The position numbers were made by a program, and so were the translations under genes. Under the pieces are notes generated by a model. That model did not search any database. It was not told the DNA's origin and saw only the letters and a program-made list of their open reading frames with translations. Shown here piece by piece: positions 42,500-56,062 of a DNA stretch of 64,000 nucleotides. The stretch comes from the human T2T-CHM13v2.0 reference genome, Homo sapiens. Positions within the stretch are counted from its first letter, which is position 1, and each line of letters begins with the position of its first letter. Where the stretch lies: assembly GCF_009914755.1 (NCBI RefSeq), contig NC_060932.1; one strand, given 5' to 3'.

Positions 42500-43290
42500 A
42501 CTATTTTTCAGAATTAATTCTATGCTTTCACATTTCCAATTAAAATATATGGCATTGAGCTCCAATGGCTACCAACGTCATAAAAAGGAAAACAACTACA
42601 TATTAAGTGCCTCCTGATGGATGAACACAAGGCCAGCTATAAAGTACCCAGCCAAACATAAATCATGAATCTGAGCAATTCTCTAGCCTCAAATAGCAGT
42701 TTACAAAAACAGGGAAATCAGAGGAACATGTTAAACAATACCATGGTATTGCAATCAGCAAAATCCAGAAAGAAAAAGTGTATAAGACAAAAATTTAGGC
42801 TATTTTCAATGATGTGTGAAGGAAAAGAGATAGAAGAAGAACTTTTAGACTAAAAGAATCTCAAACAATCAATCAACTGCCATGTGTAGGCCTTATTTGG
42901 ATGCTGATTTAAATAAATACCAAAAAAGACACATAGGAAACTATAAGATGGTTATCCACTTACTATTTTTATGACATTAATGTTATTTATTTTTTAAACT
43001 GTGATCATTGCATTCCAGTAATTTAAAGAAGAGAGCTTACCTTTTGGAGATGTATACAATATCGATTTGTAAATACTAAAATATTTACAAATAAAATGAC
43101 ATGATGTCTAGGGTTTACATCAAAATACATGGAAATTAGGACAAGTTGAAGTGGCTGTATATGAAACAAGAATGACTCTATGTGTTAATTGTCAAAACAG
43201 TCCTGAGTACCTAGAAGTTCACTATACTGCTCTGTACATTTTTTGTATATGCTCAGAATTTTTATGTATCTTAAAAAGTTATGACAAGAT
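42500..43290 (+). mobile_element. L1MC/ME-type 3' UTR fragment
   Basis: ggccttatttggatgctgatt; cttaccttttggagatgtatac; aaatgacatgatgtctaggg; gaagttcactatactgctctgtac. Confidence 0.6.
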
Positions 43291-45120
43291 AATTTTTCCC
43301 CAGTTGCTAAAACAAAACAAAATAAAACAACATAATTTTTTTCAAAATCATATTTCCCAGAGTTTTGGCTTTTTGTATTTTCCAATACTGTGAAGATTTT
43401 AAGGAAAAGAGTTTTTATCCCACGTTACTTAAAAAGAGTTTATTGAGATGAAAGTATCTTCAGATAATACATTTCTATTTGTCATCGGACAGTTTTCAAC
43501 ATGTAGTGATAAAATAATTGAATTTTTAAGGGAAAGGTCTTTGTGCTGGGTTGAAAACTTATTTTGGATGTCAGGTAATAAAATTCTTTAGGGATTTTAC
43601 GTGGCAATAACTTAGATAACCCAACTGTTGATATGACAAAAATAATCAAGGTATAAATAAATTGTTCACAAACATGCTGTTTTGTTTAATAAAGTTTAGA
43701 ATATTATCTTTTTCTTAAAATAAAAGAACTCTTAAGTCACACGGAATAATAATGCTGGCTTTTACTGTCATCCATTTCTATGTAGTGTTTCTAACATCGT
43801 GATGTTAGACATCATTAACTATGATTAATATCAGTTCATTCTGAGTATATTCTAACATAATATTCATTATGTTAACATCATCATTCATTACGAGTCTTGG
43901 TAATATTAAAATGGTAATTCTTACACACAATTCACTGATATAGACAGAGTTTGATTAATGGGAGTCACTGATTTTTTACTTTAATTTTTTTTTAGAATTT
44001 CCTAGCTGGTATGGAAACTGAAGTCCTTGAATCAACAGAAATGTAATCATATTAAAATTAGGGTATTGTAAGATTAATTTTGTGCCAATATTACCTTCCT
44101 TGCAAACTCTGGTAACATATTCAATATAACAAAAAAGGTGCATGTTAAATTTTAATTACTTTTACTAAAATGTCTTCGCTCTCTACATCATAGTGGCAAT
44201 TTAAATCTCCCCAGTATAAACGTTCAAGACCCTTGCCCTGTTAGGAACCAACTAACTGAGTAAATGCAAGTGATTTTAAATTAAAGATGACTGTGCAATT
44301 ACTTTAGGGAAGAAAAAATTAGCTTATCCATTAGTGTTATAGGTTGCTGTAAGGAAAGCCATGGTATCTGTTCATTCAATTAACTCCCAACCTCAAAGGC
44401 AACCGATCATTTCATTTGTAACCTTGTTGATTAAGCGGCTCTGAATTTTTAAAAAGCTATGCCTTTGAGAATATAAGCTTGGTAATATATTTCTCTTGGA
44501 CTGCGTGAGTCTGTTTGGTACATTAGCTAATTGTCAGAAAAGGTAAATGGTGTACTTAATAGGTTTTGATCAAACTCTATGAAAAAGCTTATAAGAAAAA
44601 TATAAAAATATTTTTTTCTAATCAACATAACTGTAAACATACATAAAATTATTCCAAAGTGCAATGATAATGTTATGATATGCTGAAATTATTCAATAAA
44701 ATAGTAGAGGTAGAAACAAAAGTAAAATTGAAAACTCCAACACATTATCATCTCCTTTAAATTTAACAAATATTTTCACTTTGAACTATGTAGCAGAAAT
44801 CATCTCTCCAAAAAATTATGTGACAGAGGATTACAATGATCAATTATTGTTAATATGTCATATTTCCATGAGAAAGCATTACACATTTTTGGATGAATAT
44901 AGTTTCAATCAATGTCAGACAGTGACACTGAGCATCTCAACTTCTTTTATGTGTATTTAGTCACAGACATTTTTCTTTCCTTCTATAACTTCATTTCATG
45001 AATAAAATATGTGACAATATTTTTAGAAAGACTTTAACATGCAAACTACTAACATAATAATGCACATAGTATATTGTTATATATGATACAAAGTATAAAG
45101 TAGAAGGAAAAGAGTTTTAC

Positions 45121-45210
45121 CTGGTTAATCACATGTGTTATTCCAAAGCAGAGTAGAGCAGATGAACTCACTGCCAATGTGTTGTCTGATAATCATGAGT
45201 GAGCTCAGCA
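45121..45210 (-). other. Candidate non-coding first exon of a distal DLC1 transcript
   Basis: Minus-strand donor CAG|GTAAAA at 45121/45120 in non-repeat sequence; CACCC-type box (ggggtggg ~45221) and CCAAT (~45265) just upstream; position agrees with my recollection of a distal DLC1 start ~38 kb beyond C8orf48 (not verified). Confidence 0.35.
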
Positions 45211-45879
45211 GCAATTTCAAGGGGTGGGACTTGTCCTCAGTAATGAATTCCCAAGGGACTATTTCCAATCAGAGAATGCAATTCCAGACAATGAAACCAT
45301 TCTCCATTTGTTGACCCCAGTTTTGTGTTTACAATCAGCTGTGGGTGTATTCATGCCTCAGGGAAGGAATTGCCATATATTTCACTGAGGTTTATGGTAT
45401 GAAGAATATTTTGAAACAAGGATTACATGAAAACAAGACTGATCTTTAATTGCTTTGAAGTTTTTCCACAATATATTTTTTGCCTTTTAATTTTTTCCCC
45501 GATTGGGATGAAAATCGGAAAAAGGCTTAACTGTAAGCAGTTCAGTCCCCTACCTCATGAAACAGGGAAGTCTTCTGAAGGAAGATGGATAACGGAGCCT
45601 CTGCCTTGGAAATTTGGATGATGGGAGTGGAGCTCACTATTTTGGGAGCCACTTTATTGAACGCGGGACAGACGGTGTTACCTATTAGACATCTCTTTAT
45701 CTTATGGTTATCCCTGCATTGTATTTTCCCCCAAATTGTATATAAACTCGTATATCTCATCTCTGTATTACAAATCAGTTAGTTTTGTTTGATTATCTGT
45801 CTAAAACATACATTTTCCAGAAGGATATTTTTCCTCTAAACACTTCTCCTAACTTGTTTGGACACATTCCTCACTCAAT

Positions 45880-46630
45880 TCTGTCCATCTGTGTTAAGTG
45901 TATAACTGGAATACAACAACTTTGCACCACTATGAACACCGCTGCCGTAGCATAACAGATCTGCAGCTCATCCTCCTAATCAACCTCCCGTCCTTTTCAC
46001 CACTGCCCTGTAGTCCCTACTACATAAGGCAGCCTCGCTGATTCTATGAAAACACGAGTCAACTAATGTCATTCTTCCACTCTTCCAGTAAGATCCATCC
46101 TAAGAGTGATCTCAAAAATCCCCTAATAACCTAATGCAGAATTATAATTCCCTACCATAGCCGGCCCCTCACCCCAGCTCTCTAACTTTAATTAACACTT
46201 ACTTTTCCTCCCTCCTCTTACCTCCACACTCTCTGTACTCCAGGTACATGGGACCTCCTGCCATTCCTCAAGGTTGTCCAGTGCATGCCTCCCTCAGAAA
46301 GTGGGACCTGCTGATTACTCTCCTGAAATACTCTTTTGGGAGTAAATTTCTCTGTGTTTAGATCTCCATTCAAATGTCAGTTCAACTGTGAGATCTTCAC
46401 TGACTACCTGTAGAAATAACAGACGTCCTCTTTACCACACTCTCCTTACTTTGCTTTATGTTGTTACAACATTTATTTATTTAAGTGTTTATTTGCTTAC
46501 TATTTATCTCACCAATAGTATGGAAACTCCATGAGAAAGGATACTTTATTTGCTGATTTACCTTAACGCCCAGGACAGGGCTTTGTGATGAATAGGTATT
46601 CAATAAATATTTTTTAAATTAATGACTAAT
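45880..46630 (+). mobile_element. L2 3' end fragment
   Basis: aaactccatgagaaagg..; ..gaataggtattcaataaatattttttaaattaatgactaat (L2 terminus). Confidence 0.75.
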
Positions 46631-46684
46631 TAAGCTTAAGCTTTAGTTTTCTTCCCCATTTTATAGACTATTCTAACCAACAGA

Positions 46685-46945
46685 ATCTAATGAAATTGAA
46701 GTAACAGTCCATCTGAGGGAAAGAAGTATCAGTCCAATATAATGGAAAAGAAGTATCAGTCCAATCTAATGGAAAAGAAGTGTCCGTCTATCTAATGGAT
46801 AGAAGTATCAGTCTAACTAATGGATAGAAGTATCTATTAATGGAGTAGAAGTATTAGTCTATCTAATGGAAGGAAGTATCAGACTATCTAATGGAGTAGA
46901 ATTATCAGTCCAATCTAATGGAAAAGAAGTATCAGTCTATTCTAA
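46685..46945. repeat. Minisatellite, ~27-28 bp unit, ~9-10 degenerate copies
   Basis: Unit ~agaagtatcagtc(c)aatctaatgga(a/t). Confidence 0.95.
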
Positions 46946-47496
46946 CAATGTCTTATTGACTGCATTAATTAGCATAATTAATTTTAAATCCTAAAGCTTG
47001 AAGACCTCTAACATTCACCATGATTAACTGTCTATTACCATCCTAGAGTGCATTGACCCTATGGACAATTTTTTTCTTGCTCTCCATTTATACCCATTCA
47101 ATTGGCTTAATTACCCTTATTATAAGAAAATATACTCTGCATAAAAACTGGTTTCTTTCCTCAAATAATCTCTTAGAAGTTTCTGCAAGACTCTGAATAA
47201 CCCTTAGTTTTCTTCCTTAAAATATGTCTTAATGTATATCTCTTTAACTGTAAAATTTTATCCCCCTATTCATTTTGACAAAACTTCTGCATCTCTATTA
47301 AAAGCTTAAGACTTTAAACGGAAGTGTCAGTTTAATGAAATAACATGCAGAAAAAAAAGTATTTGCCTCTGTTGAAAGCAAGACTTCACTTTTCAATTCC
47401 ATATCTAATTAAAGCCAATGCTTATTTCCAGGTGATGGGATGGAAAATGGTTAAACCAATACATAACTCTCATTTTTCTGAGACCTCTATCGTTTT

Positions 47497-49280
47497 GTTG
47501 TTGTTGTTTGTTTTTTACTTTAAGTTCTGGGATACATGAGCAGAACGTGCAGGTTTGTTACATAGGTATACATTTGTCATGGTACTTTGCTGCACCTATC
47601 AACCTGTCATCCAGGTTTTCATTCCTGCATGCATTAGGTATTTGTCCTGATACTCTCCCTCCCCTTGTTCCCCACCCACCGACAGGATCCTGTGTGTGAT
47701 GTTCCCTCCCTGTGTCCATGCGTTCTCATTGTTCAACTCCCACTTATGAGTGAGAACATGCGGTATTTGGTTTTCTGTTCCTGTGTTAGTTTGCTGAGAA
47801 TGATGGCTTCCAGCTTCATCCATGTCCCCGCAAAGGACATGAACTCATTATTTTTTATGGCTGCATAGTATTCCATGGTGTATATGTGCCACATTTTCTT
47901 TATCCAGTCTATCATTGATGGGTTGATTCGAAGTCTTTGCTATTGTAAGTAGTGCTGCAATAAACATACATGTGCATGTGTCTTTATAGTAGAATGATTT
48001 ATAATCCTTTGGGTATATACCCAGTAATGGGATGGCTGGGTCAAATGGTATTTCTGGTTCTAGGTCCTTGAGGAATCACCACACTGTCTTCCACAATGGT
48101 TGAACTAATTTACACTCCCACCAACAGTGTAAAAGCATTCCTATTTATCCACAGCCTCACCAGCATCTATTGTTTCCTAACTTTTTAATACTCTCCATTC
48201 TAACTGGCATCAGGTGGTATGCCATGTGGTTTTGATTTGCGTTTCTCTAATGACCAGTGATTATTAGCTTTTTTTCATATATTTGGTGTGGGCGAAGGAT
48301 TACCTAAGTGCCGAGGCAAGAGACTGAAGGCACAAACTGTTTCAGTATAATAAAGAAAATAGAATAAGAATAGTCATAATACAAATTAGATATAGAGATG
48401 ATCATGGAAAATTATCAATTTTAATATTACTCTTTGTTGCATTACTAATATAACCTAGCAATAACCGGCGAGTATAGGGGTCAGGTGCTGAAGGGACATT
48501 GTGAGAAGTGACCTAGAAGGCAAGAGGTGAGCCCTCTGTCACGCCCATATGAGGGCCGCTTGAGGTCTCCTTGGTCAAGCGGTAATGCCAGTGTCTGGGA
48601 AGGCACCTGTTACTTAGCAGACCGTGAAAGGGAGTCTCCTTTCCTTGGAGGGGTCAGGGAACACTCTGCTCCCCAACTTCTTGTGTGAGGCTGGATATTA
48701 TCCAGGCCTGCCCGCAGTCATCCGGAGGCCTAAACCTCTCCCTGTGGTGCTGTGCTTCAATGGTCATGTTCCTTGTCCACTTTCATGTTCCTCCCGTACT
48801 CCTGTTTCCTCTTTGAAGTTCGTAGTAGATAGCGGTAGAAGGAATAATGAAAGTCTTAAAGTCTTTGATCTTTCTTATAAGTGCATAGAAGAAAACGCTG
48901 ATGTATGCCGTCTTCCCTCTCTGCTTCGGCTATCTAAAAGGGAAGGGCCCCCTGTCCCACGATTACGTGACTTGCTTGACCTTATCAATCACTTGGATGA
49001 CTCACCCTCCTTACCCTGCCCCCCTTGTCTTGTATGCAATAAATATCAGGGCGCCCAGCCATTCTGGGCTACTACCGGTCTCCGCGTCTTGGTGGTAGTG
49101 GTCCCCCGGGCCAAGCTGTTTTCTCTTTATCCCTTTGTCTTGTGTCTTTATTTCTTACAATCTCTCGTCTCCACACACGGGGACAACACCCGCTAAGCCC
49201 CGTAGGGCTGGACCCTACAGTTGGCTGCATAAATGTCTTCTTTTGAGAAGTGTCTGTTCATATCCTTCACCCACTTTTTG
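47497..49280 (-). mobile_element. 5'-truncated primate L1 (L1PA7/8-like) split by an LTR13 insertion
   Basis: L1 3' UTR and ORF2 C-terminus (WIKKMWHIYTMEYYAAIKNNEFMSFAGTWMKLEAIILSKL); L1 sequence resumes at 49220; TSD gacctctatcg(t/a)ttt at 47482 and 49280. Confidence 0.92.
48287..49219 (+). mobile_element. LTR13-family solo LTR (HERV-K HML-4), 933 bp
   Basis: TG...CA termini: tgtgggcgaaggattacctaagtgccgaggcaagagactgaaggcac ... cgctaagccccgtagggctggaccctaca; internal aataaa at ~49038; imperfect flanking repeat tttgg/gttgg. Confidence 0.85.
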
Positions 49281-49623
49281 ACCTCTATCGATTTCTAAAA
49301 GTTTTAAAGGTTCTGGGAAGTCATAGGTTTAAGATATGGGAAGCGATATGAGAGCTATTATGTTCAAATGCAGGGGATGTTGTATATGTAGGATTGGGAT
49401 AGTTTAAGAATGGTTGAAATGTTCAGATGTTTTATTAAGCTGACTTTTTAAAAGTAAATATATATATCTGCAAGTACAGTGAAATAACTATAAACACAGT
49501 AATTCAATCAAAGAGTGAACAGTACCAAGGTCCTAATTGTTTGAAAATGGTTCCCATTTGTTTTTGGTTGCATATTATTAGGATTCTAGCAAGATCAGTC
49601 TGTTTGTCTCCGTGTTTGTATTT

Positions 49624-49682
49624 ATCCATCCATCCATCTATCCATCGATCCATCCATCCATTCATTCATCACCCATCCATCT
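49624..49682. repeat. (TCCA)n degenerate tetranucleotide repeat
   Basis: Directly visible. Confidence 0.9.
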
Positions 49683-51950
49683 GTCCTACCTCCACTCATA
49701 TTTTATCATACTTATATAAGCAGAATATTTAACAGCAGGTTTAGTTGGGGAAATAACCAAATTGAATGAATGTTGGCCATAATCCTTTACACAGAGTTCT
49801 GGAGCTCTTTACTTTGCCAAGCATTCATTTTATTTGTTGGATTATAGGGAAATGAAGTCACAGGCAGGTGCTAAGCTGCACCAGGGTACTCAGACGGCTT
49901 GAGGCAGTAGCTAATGACCAATGGACAGTGAAGTGTTTGGATATTTAACATATCTAACAAGAATTATGGCTGGTTAAATTATTTAAACTCCACATTTATA
50001 AATTACACACACATAAATAAATTTCAAAGGTGAAATAAAGCTGAAGCAAAAACTGTAGTGTCCGTATAATATTTTGAGCCAGAACAACTCTTGGAGCAAG
50101 GTTGCTTATCAACATTAGTGGATAAAAGCTCATATTTAAAAAAAAAATAAAAACTTTTTGGCTGACTTCTTGTCAGATTTTACTTTGTAATTTGGCTGAT
50201 GAAGGGGATGTAATAGAAGGGAAATAGTCGACTCTACCAATTTCCTATTCCTGTTTTTGTTTGTGTTATTATTTTTATCATTACAATACATATATAGAAG
50301 GTAGTTGACTGCTAAGATCAGTACAGAGAATACAGAAGAATAAAGACATCTACCTATCATCTGGAAATAAATTGCTCTTCTCTGCTCCATTAGAACTTTG
50401 CTCATACCACTCTTGAAGCCCTTATTACATTGCATGTGATTATTTCTTGTGATGCTTTCCTGTTTTCGCTACTAGACTGTTCTTTTGGGATAAGGATAGG
50501 AAATCGTCATTTTTAACAAGGTCCTGGTGTAACTCTTGTGCTTGGTAAATTTGAAATCCCTAAATCAGATAAAGAACTCCTCACAAAAAGAGCCATTTTA
50601 TTCATTGCTATATCCCCTAACCTTCATAAATCTTTGGTTTTAGGTATCTCTTAATGATCATTTCTGGAATAAATTTTTATTGTTCTTTGCCAAGTTTAGT
50701 GGGAGCTACTGGTGATGATATTTACAGATATAAATATGCGCTCACCCTCAAAAGATCTTCAGTTCTGTTGGGAAACCTGGAAGAAACTGTCAAATGATAA
50801 ATATGGTCAAATCAGTTTAAGTAGTGAGTAAGTGGTATAGGTAATACAAACTCCAAAATAGGGTCTGGTTCTTTCACAATTAAGAAAGAGAAATGAAGAA
50901 GAAAATTCTAACGTACATTATTAAAGCATTTGGTAGTTTTCAGTTGTCCTTGTAGCTGAATTGTTTTATTAAATATCAGTGCAGGATTATTTGTAAATAG
51001 ACTTGGAATGCCTTTAAGTTGCCTATGAAGGCATAATAGTCATTAGAATAGTTGTGATCTGATAGTGGCAAACAATAATTTATGGTAAATAAATAAATAA
51101 ATGTGTGTGTGTGTGTGTCTATTAGGTGAAAACCGAAATATGAGTCTTATTTTTATTTTTCTTTTATCTGTGAAACCTTTCAAAACTAAGGTGTGCACTT
51201 GTGAAATACTCAATATTGAAAAAGTTACCAGTATTCAGTACCCACTCATCATATTGAGACAAGGTCTAAATTCCATGAGAAAGTGTTGTCAACGTAAACT
51301 TCAAACAAATTGAGATAAATCGCACTATCACATAGAAGGAAGTTCTCTGTACTTAAAATTACCTGAGCACTGGGTTCTATTCCATCTCACTTCCCTGTTG
51401 TCAAACATGTATTTCCCTTTTTAAAACAAATGAGCAAATAATCCCCATTCAACTTAGTCATCCACTTCTGTGTATAACTCTAATATCTCTATACCAATGT
51501 CAATCACTATCCCCATTCTCTTCCTCCGACTTCAGATCACTGTTTTATGATAGTGAAAGTTATCTGTACTTGTCTTCTTTTCTGATGGACTTCTAACCCA
51601 ACATGGTAAATCTTCTACTTTGCATTCCTGGAAAGCCCTCTCTTTAGGCCACAAATGACCTCTCAATTGCATATCTTCTCTCAGTAGATAATCCATTCTG
51701 CATTGTTTTTCCTTATAATGCTAGTTCTTGGAGAGAGTCATGTAATAAAAATAGGATTTTATTGTCAACAATATTGGGAAATACTGCATACTTCATTTCC
51801 TAATATTTGAAAACAAAACTTGAGGACAATCACCATATGTTGACATGAAAACTCTGCAGCATGGGAATTCATGTAATAACATGTAACTCAAGTATGTTTC
51901 CAAATTGCTCATTTTTTTCCTTTCTATTCACTTTTCTCACTACCATTTGA

Positions 51951-52308
<358 letters not shown>

Positions 52309-52597
52309 TTCATATTGATTTTATAAGTTGTAAGTCACTGCTAAAACTGAATGGGTTAATTTTCCTTCCTAAATCTGTCTTGTCTTCATTCTCTCCTATT
52401 CTTTGTCTGCCCCCACCCCATATCCTCTATGATTTACTCTGCTAAATCAGGCACTCAGCAGTGATGTGGTAAAGATTGATTATTATAGCCTCGCCTCTAA
52501 TTTTTCACCTCTCAAGTCCATTCTCCACTCAGTAGCTGTAGTTAGATCTTTCTTAAAAGCCAATTCCAATTACCTCACCTTTCTGCTTAGCACTTGG

Positions 52598-53052
52598 GTG
52601 AGTTTACTAGGCCTGCTGGAACAAAGTACCACAAAATGGATGGCTTAAATCATATAAATGTATTGTCTCACAGTTCTGGAGGCTGGAAGACTGACATGAA
52701 GGTGTCAGCAGGGTTGCTTCTTTCTGAGGTCTCTGAGGGAGAATTGGTTCCAGGCCTCTCTCTCACCTTCTGCTGCTCTGCTGGGAATCTTTCATGTTCC
52801 TCGGCTTCAGGTACATCACCAGTGTCTCTGCCCCATCTTCACGTGATGCTCTCCCTGTATCCATGCCTGTCTCCAAATTTTCTCTTTTTGTGAAGACACC
52901 AGTCAAAGTGGATTAAAGCTTGCCCTAATGATCTCACTTAAACTTGATTACTTCTGTAAAGGCTCTGTCTCCAAATGGAGTCACATTCTGAGGTATAGGG
53001 GCTTAGAACTCCAACATATATTTTTATTTGTGGGGACATAATAATTCAACCC
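52598..53052 (-). mobile_element. MaLR LTR (MLT1C-like) inside an L2 remnant
   Basis: agtttactaggcctgctggaacaaagtaccac..tctcacagttctggaggctggaag..gtcacattctgaggta. Confidence 0.85.
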
Positions 53053-54636
53053 AAATCTTTCTACGTATAAAATGTTTGCTACTTCTAACATGAAAATTCC
53101 TTTACGTGTCATACGAGATCCTGAAGTTCTCATTCCTGCCTTCACTAACTTCACCTCTTGCCACTCTCAAAATATCTTGCTCCTCTCAAATTAAGGAGGC
53201 AGAGAAAAAAGCTCCTGAAGGAATTTGTATGGTATCACCAATAAAACATAAAGGAAGAATACTGATAATCTTACCTAGGTTTCCTAGATAACTCTTATTC
53301 TTTCATTAGGGCTCAACATAAGAGTTACCTATTTGGCAAGCAATCTAATTACTCAAGTTTAGTTGGGTAACTTTTGTGCATTTAGCATTCTTCCATCTTT
53401 ATTTTACACCTCTTCATAGGTCACTGTGAGCATCCTGAGGGCAAACTCCATCATGTTTATTTCTGTGGCACAATCCAGCTCCTGTTTGAACAATGATTAA
53501 ATGGATGCACCTTCCAGGGAGCATGTGGGAAGTGGATTTATTCCAAGAGGTGAAAAGTGAACACACTAGGGCAGGACATTAGGGTTATTTAATCTGGGAA
53601 AGAATACCAGCAATTACGATGGAGGAAAGAGATGTAAACTTGGTCAAAATAGAGGGGAAGGAAATAAGGCAAAGCATCAAATAAAGATAAAATTATGAGG
53701 CTCTTTGTCCACTGCCATAAGATAGCTTCAAACAGTAGAAAGAAAATGTAATTTGCAATTAGACAACAGCATTGTTCAAACTCCAGCTCTGGCACTTACT
53801 GTCAGATCATGCATGTGTTGCTTAAATTCCAAAGTTTTATTTCTTAAAGCATAAAATGGTGATAATGTCACCTATTTATGAGGGCTTAATAAGTAACCTT
53901 ACTTTCCTCAATTCCACAATAACCTCAATAAAATAGAGACTCAATGTTTTATATTAACATTGTAATGAAATTGTGAAATATCTTAGCCTTGCTCTCAGGA
54001 GAAACTTGCCACCCAACAGACAGATGGATCACATGTTAGGTAGAGTTTTCACAACTGGTGCATGTGCAAATTTAGTTTTACCTCCCAGATGTTAGTATCA
54101 TACCGTTTTAACTTAAATGTGGATTCATAGTTGTAGCTTCAGTTTTCTTTGAAGGAAAATTATAGGACTCAGCACTGCCGTAAGAAGTTAATGTGCATGC
54201 AGAAATGTCCTATCATAGTAGCGAGAAAGGCAGCAGAGACAAACAGTAGAAATCATCAAGTGTATAGAGGAGGAAAATACAACTGTTGGGTAGTAGAGAA
54301 GTATCACGTTTTGCTATAAAAATACCTGCATTATTTGAATCATGTATATATGATGACAAGGCACTTATGTTTATGAAATTAAATAATTTAACAATTTTAA
54401 AGCAGAAATTGCTGAATCGATTAGAGTACATCATCCTATTTTCCAGAAAACAGAAAAGGTTGGTGTAGCAAACTGAGGCATCCTTATTAACTGTCAAACA
54501 AACACTTAATATTTCCATATCAAAAGCTTACTAGTCAATTTACTAATGAAAGTTGTTTAATTTTTGGAGGTCCATAAATTAATTAAAGAAAAAGTAAAAC
54601 CATGAGTTTAGCCATAGGAAACATTGGAAAATCCCT

Positions 54637-55126
54637 CAGTAGTCCCCCTTTATTTGCTGAGAATATATTCCAAGACTCCCAGCAAATGCCTGAAACCTGG
54701 GATAGTACCAAACTCTCTACATACTATGTTTTTTCCTATATATACACCAATGACAAATGTATGATAAATGTACAAATATGGCATAGTACTCTTGTGCTTT
54801 GGGACCATTATGAAGTAAAATAGGGATTATTTGAACACAAGCATTGAGATACTGCAAATGTTGATCTAATAATCAAGATGGCAACTAAGTGACTAAAGGA
54901 CAGGGAGTGTCTACAGTGTTGACATGCTAGAAAAAGATGATTTATGATTCCAGATGATTTGTAGCAGGGCAGGGAGAGATTTCATCATGCTACTCAGAAT
55001 GGTGTGCAATTTATAACTGATGAATTGTTTATTTCTGGGATTTTCCATTTAGTATTTTTGGACCACGATTGACCATAAGTAACCAAAACCATGGAAAGTG
55101 AAACTGTGGATAAGCAGGGAGCACTG
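54637..55126 (+). mobile_element. MER44 (Tigger7-derived) non-autonomous DNA transposon
   Basis: Terminal inverted repeats cagtagtccccctttat ... gtggataagcagggagcactg; gaaacctgggatagtacc. Confidence 0.8.
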
Positions 55127-55391
55127 TATGCCCAAGAGGTCAAGATCAAGAGCAAAGCCTATCAATAGAGAAAAATGCAATTTTGCAACCAGGTGTAGCT
55201 GCTAAAGAATGAAAGCGATTTGGACAAATCTAGTCTCTCGATATGGAGAAGGCTTGTATGCAAACATTCATTCTGATACTAAAGAATACTTTGAATTAGT
55301 AAGATGGATGAAATGCAATTATACGCTATTTTTGATTCTTTAAAACTGGATATATAATATGCTTCTTTTTCTCTTTTAAAGAGCTTATTAA

Positions 55392-55740
<349 letters not shown>

Positions 55741-55764
55741 AATAAATATTTTAAAGAATGTTTT

Positions 55765-56062
<298 letters not shown>

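Noticed and set aside
46685-46945. CRISPR-like periodic array
   Set aside because: Units are head-to-tail with no unique spacers, there are no cas genes, and the DNA is human; it is a minisatellite
48624-49196. 190-aa ORF
   Set aside because: Lies entirely within the LTR13 solo LTR, starts at GTG, and has no recognisable protein features
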